Below are positions 1 to 9,425 of a DNA stretch of 64,000 nt, piece after piece. The translations under genes and the position numbers were made by a program. Source of the stretch: an uncultured Chloroflexia bacterium (GTDB lineage: Bacteria; Chloroflexota; Limnocylindria; Limnocylindrales; CSP1-4); assembly GCA_963738475.1 (NCBI GenBank), contig CAVTWU010000017.1, positions 211,911 to 275,910 of the forward strand, read 5' to 3'. Each line of letters opens with the position of its first letter. The first letter of the stretch is position 1. A model generated the notes under the pieces. That model was not told the origin of the DNA. It saw only the letters and a list, made by a program, of their open reading frames with translations, and ran no database searches.

Positions 1-284
1 GACCAGCCCGGGGAGATGCTCGCGACACAGCGCCGATCGACCGGATGACCGAGTACGTCGTCAGCGCACCGATCGTCATCTCGTCGCCGTCCGAGCGCGA
101 TCCCGCGCAGCTCGTCGAGCCGCCACAGGTCCACGGTCCGGGCCGGCGGCTCACCCAGTTCCCCGGTCAGGGCGACCATGAGGTCCGTGCCACCGGCGAT
201 GGGCCTGGCCGGCGGCGAGTCGGCCATGGCCTGGTACGCCTCGCGCAGGGACGCGGGACTGACGACGGGCGGTTCGACGGGCAT
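1..284 (-). CDS. Xanthine dehydrogenase/CO dehydrogenase family FAD-binding (medium, CoxM-like) subunit. N-terminal part only, running off the left edge. Frame changes twice in this assembly.
   Basis: Minus-strand ATG at 284 gives MPVEPPVVSPASLREAYQAMADSPPARPIAGGTDLMVALTGELGEPPARTVDLWRLDELRGIAL. It continues in shifted frames as DGDEMTIGALTTYSVIRS and LCREHLPGLV. GGTDLMV is the typical FAD-binding PCMH motif. It lies downstream of the L and S subunits. Confidence 0.7.
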   Translation of the reverse strand, partial: MPVEPPVVSPASLREAYQAMADSPPARPIAGGTDLMVALTGELGEPPARTVDLWRLDELRGIALGRRRDDDRCADDVLGHPVDRRCVASISPGW

Positions 285-305
285 CGCTGGTCGGGTCTCG
301 CGCCG

Positions 306-549
306 CTACTTGCCGCCGCGTCGGCGGCGCGCCCCGACGAACAGCAACAGCAGGCCGGCGACGATCCCGAAGCCGGCGGCGAGCTGGTTCGGCGTGAACG
401 CGACGGTCTGGTCGCGCGGCACGACATCGACGGTCGCGCCGCGCCGCTCGGTGGTGGGTCCGGTGGGCGTGGCGGGTCCCGTCGCCGCGCGGCGGCTTCG
501 GACCGGTGCCGTTCGTCGGGACCGGGATGCGTTCGGTGTCCTGGCTCAT
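306..549 (-). CDS. Small hypothetical membrane-anchored protein between the 2Fe-2S and FAD subunit genes. Either 549..306 with one frameshift, or a 38-aa ORF from GTG at 422.
   Basis: ATG at 549 overlaps the coxS-like stop (ATGA). The 3' part reads VPRDQTVAFTPNQLAAGFGIVAGLLLLFVGARRRRGGK-stop, which is a TM helix plus a poly-Arg tail. I recognise no homolog. Confidence 0.3.
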
Positions 550-1060
550 GCCATGCCTCCTGTTCGGTCGCGGGCGGCCAGCGCGATGGCATCGATGATC
601 TTCGTGTAGCCCGTGCAGCGGCACAGGTTGCCGGCGATCGCGTCGCGGATCGCGTCCTCGTCCGGACCGCCGCCGGCATCGAGGTAGGCGCGAGCCGACA
701 TCAGCATCCCGGGCGTGCAGATCCCGCACTGGGCGCCGCCCGTCTCGAGGAACGCCGGCTGGAGGGCATCGAGCCCGGCCACGCCGTCCGTCCCGGCGCC
801 CGCGCCCGCCTCGCTCGGCCGCGTCCGAGTCCCTCGACCGTTCGGACCGTCGCACCATCGACCTGGCAGATCGGGACGAGACAGGCATCGACCGGCGCGC
901 CATCGAGCAGGACCGTGCACGCGCCGCACTCGCCCTCGCCGCAACCCTCCTTCGTGCCGGTGAGGGCGAGCTCCTCGCGCAGGACGTCGAGCAGCCGGCG
1001 CATCCCGGGGACGTCCACCTCGGTGGCCGCCTCGTTGAGCGTGAACCGGTAGACGCTCAC
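546..1060 (-). CDS. (2Fe-2S)-binding small subunit of the xanthine dehydrogenase family enzyme (CoxS-like). One frameshift near 780-830.
   Basis: N-terminal half in the frame of ORF 701..1555: VSVYRFTLNEAATEVDVPGMRRLLDVLREELALTGTKEGCGEGECGACTVLLDG. C-terminal half in ORF 546..1328: GAQCGICTPGMLMSARAYL...GNLCRCTGYTKIIDAI. The GTGA overlap with the large subunit stop is at 1057-1060. Confidence 0.9.
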
Positions 1061-3415
1061 GCCTGGGCCCCGCCAGCCGCCGACCGCGGTGCGGCCGGCT
1101 CCGACGCTCCGGGCCGCAGCCCGGCCACCTCCGGCAAGCCGGCCATCGCGGCGAGGATCCGTTCCGGGCTCGCCGGCAGGTCGTGGATCCAGACCCCGGT
1201 CGCGTCGGCGATCGCGGCGATGACCGCGGGCGCCCCGACGTCCATCGGCAGTTCGCCGACCCCCTTGGCGCCATGCGGCACGGCCGTGAACGGCGCCTCG
1301 ACCAGGATCGTCGAGATCCGCGGCGCATCGAGCGCGGTCGGGATGATGTACGTCGCCAGCCGGTCGTTGAGGTAGCGGCCGTCGCGCAGCTTGATCTCCT
1401 CGACCGTCGCGTAGCCGACGGCCTGCAGCGTGCCGCCCTCGACCTGGCCCTCGGCGAGGACCGGATGGACGACCCGGCCGATGTCGTCGGCGGCGACGAC
1501 GTCGCGGACGTGGACCTCGCCGGTATCGAGATCGACGTCGACGCGGGCGACGCACGCCGCCCAGCCGAACGCCGGGTAGGCGTCGCCGGTGTACGTCGCG
1601 TCGTCGAACGGGACGCCCGGGTACGGCTCGAAGCGCTGGTCGATGCGGATCGGGCCGTGGGCCGCGGCGTGCGCCCGGTACGTGTCGGCGAATCGGCCGC
1701 CGGTCGCGGCTTCGACCTCGGCGCGGAGTCGGCCCGCGGCCTGGATGAGCAGCCCGCCGACGACCATCGTCGTGCGACTGGCGACGGTCGGCCCGCTAGT
1801 CCGGCACGATGGCCGTGTCCTGCGGCGCGATCTCGACCTCGTCGTACGTGACGCCGAGGGCGTCGGCGACGAGCTGCGGGAAGATCGTCTTGGTCCCCTG
1901 CCCCATCTCGGTCGAGGCGGTCAGGATGCGGATCGCGCCGGCCGACGTGAGCTCGATGGACGCGACCGACGCGAGATGGACCTCGCCCGAGCCCGTGAAC
2001 CCGGCCCCGTGCCAGGCGAGCGCGAGGCCGATCCCGCTGGCGACCCGGTCCACGCCGGTCCGCAGCGCCGAGCCCGGGATGATGCCGGACCCGACCCGGC
2101 CCGACCGCGCGGAGCCCAGTCGGGACCGCAGTCGTTCGAACTCGGAGGCTTCGGCGGCGCGCTCGAGGACCTCCTCGCCGGCCACGCTGTCGCGCAGGAC
2201 CTGGCCGGTCGGCGTCGTGTCGCCCGGGACGTAGACGTTGCGCCGGCGGATCTCGAGCGGCGAGATCCCGAGCGCCTCGGCGATCCGGTTGAGGTGGGTC
2301 TCGGCCGCGAACTCGGTCTGCGGCGCCCCGAATCCGCGGAACGCCCCGTTCGGCGGCGTGTTCGTGCGGGTCGCCCGGGCGCGGATCCGGACGTTCGGGC
2401 AGCGATACGGGCCGCCGGCATGCAGCGCGCCGCGCGACAGGACGACCGGCGTGAGCGTGCAGTACGCGCCGCCGTCCATCACGACCTCGATGTCCTGGGC
2501 GACGAGCCGGCCGTCACGGGTCACGCCGGTCCGGTGGCGGACGATCGCCGGGTGGCGCTTCGTCGTCGCGGCGATGTCCTCGTGGCGGTCGTAGATCATC
2601 CGGACCGGGCGCCCGGCCTTCCCCGCCAGCAGGGACGCGTGGAGCGCGATGACCGACGGGAACTCCTCCTTGCCACCGAACCCGCCGCCGGTCTCCGCCT
2701 GGACGACCTGCGCCTGCTCGTCGCTGAGCGCCAGGCCGCGCTTGAGCGCCGCGTGCACGTAGTACGGGCACTGGAGCGAGCCGTGGACCGCGACGCCACC
2801 GTCCTCGCGAGGCACGGCGATCATCGCGTTGTTCTCGATGTAGAGCTGCTCCTGGTGGCCGACGCGGTACTCGCCCTCGAGGATGAGGTCCGCCGCCGGC
2901 GAACGCGCCATCGACGTCGGCCGGCACCGACGAGCGTACGTGGCGAACACGTGGTCCGACTCGAGCGGATCGAACACGGCGGGGAGTGGCTCGGTCCGGA
3001 CGCGCAGGTGCCGGCGGGCGGCTCGCAACGTGCCGCGATCCGGGGCCGCGATGAGCGCGAGCGCCTCGGCGTGGTGCTGGATCTCGCCACCGACCGGGAC
3101 GAGGATCGGCTGGTCCGACTTGATCGAGCTCACGATGTTGTCGCCCGGGATGTCGGCCGCGGTGACGACGACGACGGACGACCAGTCGAACGCCGGGTCG
3201 AGGTCGATGGCGATCAGGCGGGCGTGCGCGTCCGTGCAGCGGATCGTCGCGCCGTACCAGGCGCCCGGGAAGACGAGGTCGTCGGCGTACTTGGCGGCCC
3301 CGGTCAGCTTGGACGGGCCCTCCCGACGGAGCGGGGCGACGCCCCGGGCGCGGCCGGGTACGATCGTGCCGGGCTGGATGACGATGGCGCCGGGCGACTC
3401 GGTCCGGGTCGTCAT
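1057..3415 (-). CDS. Molybdopterin-binding large subunit of the xanthine dehydrogenase / aldehyde oxidase family (CoxL-like). Frameshift near 1770-1800.
   Basis: ORF 1796..3499 from M29 (MTTRTESPG, GGAGGA RBS upstream) carries GGGFGGKEEF, AFRGFGAPQ and STEMGQGT. ORF 1057..1767 continues with the C-terminal dimerisation region (VVHPVLAEGQVEGG, GAKGVGELP). Confidence 0.9.
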
Positions 3416-3529
3416 TCGGGGGCGATCCTCCTCTGGCCGCCGAGGATACATCCCCGAACCGGGCGTCGACCGGCCCGGACCGATCCGGGCGGCGCGCACA
3501 CCAGTCCGGACCGGACCCCACCGGACGGT

Positions 3530-3605
3530 CCTCCGCGTTGCGGAGGGGCACCGGGAAGTCGTACTACGGGGTACTGGTTTGGCCGTTTTGCCGCACTAGT
3601 ACCCC
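3530..3605. promoter_or_regulatory. Divergent regulatory region containing a perfect hairpin and an inverted-repeat candidate operator.
   Basis: Hairpin: CCTCCGC-GTT-GCGGAGG at 3530-3546. Inverted repeat: GGGGTACT (3568-3575) and AGTACCCC (3598-3605), plus an extra GTACTAC half-site at 3561-3567. It sits in the only clearly AT-richer stretch between the XDH operon and the GGDEF gene. Confidence 0.3.
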
Positions 3606-3655
3606 TATCATCGAGCGTCCTTGGCCCACGCAATCATCTTGGAGTCATCCGGACC

Positions 3656-4447
3656 ATGGATCCGCAGCAAGTCCTCTCCGCGCTCCTCGTCATCGTCGTC
3701 ATCGCGAACGTCGTCCTCATCCTCGTCGCCCTCGTCCTGGCCGCTCGACGCCGTCGCCAGGACAGCAGCCGCGCCCGCGGCGGCTGCCGGTGCGGCCACT
3801 GGGACGCCCTCGCGAACGGCCGGCTTCGGAGCGCCTGGCGTGGCCCGGACCATCGAACCGGCACCGGGCGCCGGGATGTACACCGATGCCCTGACCGGCC
3901 TGCTGCTGCCCGGTCCCGTTCGCCCGGCTCGTCGCCGACGAGGACCAGCGGATCCAGCGCTACCGTCGGCCCGCCACGATCGTCATGGTCGAGGTCGAGG
4001 GGCTGGACCGGCTCGTCGACCGACTCGGTGAGACCGCGATCGACCGGCTCGTGCCGGCCGTGGCCGACTCGCTTCGCCGCAACGCCCGCACCGCCGACCA
4101 CGTCGCCCGCCTGGGCACGGGCCGGTTCGGCGTGCTGCTGCCCGAGACCGACGAGGTCCAGGCCATCAACTACGTCGAGCGGGTCCGCACGGCGTGCGAC
4201 CTGTGGCTGGAGTCCGGCGCGGTGTCGCTGCGCCTCGCGATCGGCTGGGCCAGCGCCACGCGAGTCGTCGCTGGCCGAGGCCCAGGTCGTGGCCGCGTCG
4301 CGGATGTTCGCCGAGATGCATCGCGCGGCCAACCAGCAGGACCTGCCGGGCGGCCCGGCGAGTGGCGCCGGTGGCGCGGCCAGCGGTCCCGCGAGCTGGC
4401 ACCGCCAGCGGCCCGACCACCGGCATGGAGCCCGCGTTCGGGACTAG
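3656..4447 (+). CDS. Membrane-anchored GGDEF-domain protein with a degenerate active site. At least 3 frame changes.
   Basis: The pieces, each in a different frame, are:
- MDPQQVLSALLVIVVIANVVLILVALVLAARRRR (TM helix)
- YTDALTGLL
- RPATIVMVEVEGLDRLVDRLGETAIDRLVPAVADSLRRNARTADHVARLGTGRFGVLLPETDE (GTGRF where GGDEF is expected)
- LAEAQVVAASRMFAEMHRAANQQ, the tail, ending at 4447. Confidence 0.7.
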   Translation: MDPQQVLSALLVIVVIANVVLILVALVLAARRRRQDSSRARGGCRCGHWDALANGRLRSAWRGPDHRTGTGRRDVHRCPDRPAAARSRSPGSSPTRTSGSSATVGPPRSSWSRSRGWTGSSTDSVRPRSTGSCRPWPTRFAATPAPPTTSPAWARAGSACCCPRPTRSRPSTTSSGSARRATCGWSPARCRCASRSAGPAPRESSLAEAQVVAASRMFAEMHRAANQQDLPGGPASGAGGAASGPASWHRQRPDHRHGARVRD

Positions 4448-4453
4448 TCCGCG

Positions 4454-6108
4454 TCAGTCCCGGCCGAGCCGGATCCCGCGGCCGGGCGTCGCGCCCGTGT
4501 GGACGCCGCCGTCCACGACCAGCGTCCCGTTGACGACCACGTGCGAGATCCCGACCGGGTACGAGCGCGGCTCGTCGTAGGTCGCGGTGGAGCGGACCGT
4601 GGCCGGATCGAACACGACGATGTCGGCGAAGGCCCCGTCCCGGAGCGTCCCGCGCTGCGTCAGGCCGAGCCGCGCGGCCGGCGCCGAGGTCATCTTGCGG
4701 ATCGCCTCCTCGAGGCTCATGAGCGCCTCGTCGCGCACGAACTGGCCGAGGATCCGCGGGAAGCTGCCGTAGGTCCGCGGCGACGGCTTGGCGCCGATGA
4801 ACGTCGAGTCCGTGCCGACCATCCCGATGCGGGTGCACGACGAACGGCCGAAGCGTCTCGGACCACGGCCCGCTCGTGACCTGGTTGACGCCGAGGCGCT
4901 CGGCCAGCAGCAGGTCGCAGATGACATCGACCGCGTCGTGGCCCGGTCTCGGCCATGACGTCGGCGAGGGTCCGGGCCTCCCAGCGCAGGTTGTCCGGGT
5001 GGCGTGAACGCCCCGAGCCGCAGGTCGGACCAGCCGCCCGGCCCGGTGTAGGAGGCGCCACGCGTCGTGAACTCGGCGCGCAGCCGGTCGCGGGCGGTCG
5101 CGTCGGCGAGGCGCTGCCTTGAGCGGTCCCGGGCCGCCGGCCTGGATCCAGCCCGGCAGCTGGATGAGCAGGCGCGTGCTGGCCCACTCGGACGGATAGG
5201 TATCGAAGGTGACATCGAGGCCTTCGGCGCGCGCGTCGTCGACCAGCGCGAGCAGCGCCTCGGGTCCGCCCGGGATGCGTCTGGCGGTGGTAGAAGTGGG
5301 TGATGTGGGCGGGCGCGCCGGCACGCCGGCCGATCTCGATCGCCTCGCGGAACGGGTCGAGGTAGCGGTCGCCGAGCGGGTAGCGCACGTGGGTGTGATA
5401 GAAGCCGCCGGCCCGACCGGCCTCCTCGGTGAGCGCGGCGAGTTCCTCGGTCGTGGCGTAGCTGCCGGGCGGGTAGTCGAGGCCGGAGCGACAGGCCGAC
5501 GGCGCCCTCGGCCATCGCCGTCGCGCAGCAGGCCGCGCATCCGGTCCAGGGTCGCGGGCGTCGGCGGGCTCGTCGTCCCAGCCGATCGCGCCGATCCGGA
5601 GCGCGGAGTTGCCGATGAGCGTGGCGACGTTGAGGCTGACCGTGCCGTCGTACCGGCCGAGGTAGCTCTGGACGGTGCTCCACGTCGTAGTCGATGTCGG
5701 GGCGGCCGTCGAGGCCGGAGTCGAGCTCGACGAAGGCCTCGAGGTCGGCCTTGTGCTCGAACGGCGCGAACCCGTTGCCGTCGACGCCGACGACCTCGGT
5801 CGTCACGCCCTGGCGGACCTTGGGCTCGTGCTGCGGCTCCGCGAGGATCGTCAGGCCGCCGTGGCTGTGCAGGTCGATGAACCCGGGCGCGACGACCAGC
5901 CCGGTCGCATCGATGTGGCGCGGTGCGGGCGCGATGTCCTGGCCTTGATGACTGTCGGCGGCATCAGGCTGGCGGTGCCGGGTCCGGCGGGCAGGAGCTC
6001 GAGCCGCTCCCCGCGGACGCCGACACTCCCCGGACGCCCGGGCGCGCCGGTCCCATCGACGATCGTGCCGCCCGTGATGAGCAGGTCCAGCTGCATGCGC
6101 CGGACCAT
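4454..6108 (-). CDS. N-acyl-D-amino-acid deacylase (D-aminoacylase) family amidohydrolase. At least 5 frame changes.
   Basis: Pieces across ORFs 5851..6108, 4454..6139, 4170..5540 and 4717..5388:
- MQLDLLITGGTIVDGTGAP
- GLVVAPGFIDLHSHG
- GVTTEVVGVDG
- FYHTHVRYPLGDRYLDPFREAIEIGRRAGAPAHITHF
- DVTFDTYPSEWASTRLLIQLP
- GMVGTDSTFIGAKPSPRTYGSFPRILG
- ADIVVFDPATV. Confidence 0.8.
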
Positions 6109-6148
6109 ATCCCACCGCGAGGTCGGTCCTCACGATCATCCGCGCGGA

Positions 6149-7116
6149 TCAAGGAAGCGCGGCCTCCACGACGTTCGCCTCGGTACCGGACCGGCCACGC
6201 GTCGATGCCAGACCCTGCAGTCCCAGCCCGGCGGCCACGAGGCCCGCTCCGAGCCACCCGATCACGCCAAGGCGCTCCCCGAGCAAGCCGACACCCAGGA
6301 CCGTCGCGACGAGTGGCTCCGCGAGCACGAGCGTCGCCGCTGGTCCGGCCGGCAGGACCTGGAGACCGCGACCGAAGAGGAGATACGCCAAGGTGGTCGT
6401 CGCGAGTCCGAGCCACAGCGCGACAGCCACGCCATCGATCGACGCGAGCCAGGCCGACCCAGTGACCAACAGCACGGGCGCAAGCAACAGACCGCCGAGG
6501 CTGAAGATCGAGGCCATGGCGACCGTCGGCGAGGTCCCGAGATGCATCAGGCGTTTTGCCGCGACCGTGTAGGCCGCATACAAGGCCCCGGCGAGCAGCG
6601 CGAAGGCCAGGCCGGCGAGATCGACGTTCGGCTGGATCGCGCCGTCGATGGTCAAGACGACCAGTCCGGCGATGCAGATCAGGGTCGAGGTCCACCAGGA
6701 CGCCGTGGGCCGCTCGCGCAGGAGGACCCACGAGAGGAGACCGACGAGGACCGGACCACTGCCGATGGTCACCAGGGTGGCAAGCGCGACCCCCGCCAGC
6801 GATACGCCGGCGAAGAAGGCGAGCTGGTAGCCCGCCACCATCACGCCGGCAACGAAGCTCCACGGGTCGCGCCACAGGCCGATGGCCGTGCGCGGCTGCC
6901 GCCGAGCCACGGTAAGGCCGCGAGGATGCCAAGCCCGCCGATCACCAGACGGGCGGACCCGATCGACACCGGCGTCGCGGCCACCGGCGCGAACGAGGCC
7001 GTCGTTCCTGTCGTGCCAAAGAGCACGGCCGCCGCGAGGATCTCGACGACGCCTCGCGTGGGCGAGGAAGCGGTCGGCGGTGGTGGGGCGGCTCCGGCGG
7101 TCATCGCGGCGACCAT
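6149..7116 (-). CDS. EamA/DMT family transporter. One frameshift near 6900.
   Basis: ORF 6149..6910 is a polytopic membrane protein with the EamA repeat pattern. The N-terminal TM helices (GVVEILAAAVLFGTTGTTASFAP...SARLVIGGLGILAAL) are in the frame of ORF 6841..7431. Start is ATG at 7116 or 7104. Confidence 0.85.
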
Positions 7117-7175
7117 AACGGAGCCGAGCAGGATCGGCGACGTCGACCGGCGCGTTGCTGCGCCATCATGCGGAG

Positions 7176-7619
7176 ATGGACGACCAGCCGCCCGCCGAAT
7201 CCCTGCTCGACGCGTTCCCGCCGGCGATCCGTGAGACGGGACGGACCCTGCGCTCGCTCGTCCTCGCGACCGTTCCCGGCAGCGTCGAGACGGTCCGACC
7301 GGGATGGCGCTGGATCGCCTACTCGCTGCCGGATGGGCGAGCGGGTCCGGAACTTCGCCTGGATCGGCCCGGAGGCGAAGCACATCCACCTCGGCTTCGA
7401 GCACGGCACGCTGCTCGCCGACCCGGAGCATCTCCTCCAGGGCGCCCAGGAGCGGCTGAAGAAGTTCCGCTACTTCACCTTCGAGCCCGAGATCGACATC
7501 GATGAAGCGATCCTCGTCGACTATCTCGAGCGCGCCGCCGAGCTCGCGATCCTGCCATCGAGCCTTCGGCGCACCCTCGCCGAGACCGCCGCGGAGGACG
7601 ACCGCGCACGCGCGACTAG
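7176..7619 (+). CDS. DUF1801 (YdhG-like) domain protein. One frameshift near 7330. The 3' end is uncertain.
   Basis: MDDQPPAESLLDAFPPAIRETGRTLRSLVLATVPGSVETVRPGWRWIAYSL is in frame 7155. It continues as NFAWIGPEAKHIHLGFEHGTLLADPEHLLQG...FRYFTFEPEIDIDEAILVDYLERAAE in frame 7168. The open frame then runs on into the convergent gene, so the end is set near a TAG at 7617-7619. Confidence 0.6.
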
Positions 7620-7628
7620 ACCAGGGCG

Positions 7629-8999
7629 CTACCCGCGGGCGCCCGGGCCCTCCAGGCGCCGGCCGCGGACCCAGGCGCCGCGGACCATGTCCGGGTGGGC
7701 GCGGAAGATCAGCCGCGAGGCGAGGTCCTCCGGGTCGTCGTCCGATGCGCCCGGCACGGCCGCCACGTACGACGGATCGACCGCGATGACATCGGCCTCC
7801 TTGCCGGCCTCGAGCGACCCGATCGCGTCATCGAGGCCGAGCGCCCGCGCCCCATCGAGCGAGCCCATCCGGAGCCAGTCGAGCGGCGTCGGGGCCGGGT
7901 CGCCGGCCAGCCCGCCGACGCGCAACGCGTTCTGGGCGTAGAAGCTCGACCCGCATCGCCGTGAAGATCGACAGGTCCGGGCCGCCCGCCACGTCCGAGC
8001 CGAGGCCCATCGACAGCCCCGCCGCCCGGTATCGCGCGAGCGGCATCACGCCCGGACGCGAGGAACAGGTTCGACGCCGGGCAGTGCGCCACGTGCGTGC
8101 CGGTCTCGACGAGCCGTGCCAGCTCCCGATCGGACAGGTGCACGGCATGCGCCAGCACGGTCCGCTGCGCCCAGCCCGCCGGCCCGGTCGTAGACGTCGA
8201 CGTAGTCGATCGCCTCGGGGAAGAGCCGCGCGACCTCGGCGATCTCGCCGCGATCCTCCGACACGTGGGTCTGCCAGTACGCGCCGGTCGAGGCGGCCAG
8301 CGCCGCCGACTCGCGCAGCAGCTCGGCCGAGCACGAGATGGCGAACCGCGGCGTGACCGCGTACCGCAGCCGCCCGTCGTCCCGCCCATGCCATCGAGCG
8401 ATGAGGTCCGCCGACTCGCGCAGCGTCTGCTCGAGGATCGCCGACGGGCTTGATGACCGGGTCGTACGTGCCCCGATCCATCATCACCTTGCCGATGATC
8501 GCCCGGATCCCGTGCGCCTCGGCCGCCCGGAACGAGGCGTCCAGGCTCGCCTCGTAGACCGCGCCGTAGACGAGGGCCGTCGTCGTGCCGGCGGCCGCGA
8601 ACGCCCGCCACGCGACGGGCGCCAGGCGCTCGGCGGCGGCCTCGTCGAAGTCGCGCTCGAGCGGGAAGATGTAGCGATCGAGCCAGGTCAGCAGGTCCAG
8701 CCCGGCACCGAGACCCGGCATTCGGGAGCTGCGGCAGGTGGGCGTGGAGGTCGACCATCCCGGGCAGCAGGACCCACGGTCGAAGGTCGATGGCGGTGGC
8801 CGCGTCGTCGGGGCGCTCGCCGGCGGCGCCCGCGAAGGCGATCCGACCTGCGGCGTCCACGATGAGGAGTCCGTCGGCCTCGTGGCGCGATCCGCCGTCG
8901 GCCAGGGGCGTCAGGAGGCGGGCACGCAGCGTGAACGGGCCGCGTGGCGGCAGCGTGGGTGCGGGTCGGGGTTCCGGTCCGTCGAGTGAGAGCGCTCAC
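7629..8999 (-). CDS. Guanine deaminase-like amidohydrolase. At least 4 frame changes.
   Basis: Pieces:
- [30 protein letters not shown]
- [19 protein letters not shown]
- [13 protein letters not shown]
- [35 protein letters not shown]
- [37 protein letters not shown]
- [15 protein letters not shown]
- [15 protein letters not shown]

The start is probably GTG at 8999 in a shifted frame. Confidence 0.8.
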
Positions 9000-9018
9000 G
9001 ACGGGGGCGATGCTAGCA

Positions 9019-9034
9019 CGGGCCCGAGGGCCCG
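9019..9034 (-). terminator. Candidate terminator hairpin after the 63-aa ORF, followed by a TAGCAT -10 box (9010-9015) for the deaminase gene.
   Basis: Minus strand reads CGGGCC-CTCG-GGCCCG, a 6-bp GC stem with a tetraloop. There is no U-tract. TAGCAT lies 10 nt upstream of the GTG at 8999. Confidence 0.3.
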
Positions 9035-9086
9035 CCGAGCGTCGGTCGAGCTGCGGGAGCGGGCGGATCGGTCGGTCCGCGGCGCC

Positions 9087-9278
9087 CTAGCGCTTCTTGC
9101 CGCGAACCTCGATGAGGTGGGCGGTCCACTCGGAGCCGGTCCGGTCGATCGTCGCCGAGCTTCCGTGCCAGCCGCAGGTGCAGGTGATCGTCTGGGCCTG
9201 GTGCTTGTACTCGTCGATGACGTGCTTGAACGGCTCGACGGCGCCATTGGCGGGCTTGACAGGCGGGCGACTGTTCAC
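9087..9278 (-). CDS. Small hypothetical protein (63 aa) with a CxC motif. Intact.
   Basis: GTG at 9278 is preceded by AGGAG. Product: VNSRPPVKPANGAVEPFKHVIDEYKHQAQTITCTCGWHGSSATIDRTGSEWTAHLIEVRGKKR. The composition is normal (not Arg/Pro-rich), unlike the overlapping alternative frames. Confidence 0.5.
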   Translation of the reverse strand: MNSRPPVKPANGAVEPFKHVIDEYKHQAQTITCTCGWHGSSATIDRTGSEWTAHLIEVRGKKR

Positions 9279-9425
9279 AGGGACTCCTGCACGGGACCGG
9301 GGACGGAATCGCCGATGCACAGGAGTGACCGGCGGGGTATCGAATCCTACACCAAACGGCCCATTCCCGCTCAGACCCGAGCGTGAGCGTGCCGGCGACG
9401 CGCGCCGACGCGCCGTCCGGTCCGC

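Noticed and set aside
1589-4447. A 952-aa plus-strand ORF, one of the longest in the track.
   Set aside because: It is extremely Arg/Gly/Pro/Asp-rich with no recognisable domain. It runs antisense to the clearly homologous CoxL gene. Only its last about 260 codons coincide with parts of the real GGDEF gene. It is a typical artefact of high GC, where stop codons are rare.
7620-7941. Continuation of the DUF1801 ORF (7168..7941) for about 100 more codons.
   Set aside because: The extension overlaps the convergent guanine deaminase-like gene and is Ser/Arg/Pro-rich. DUF1801 proteins are about 120-150 aa, so the true stop is probably near 7620 and is obscured by an indel.
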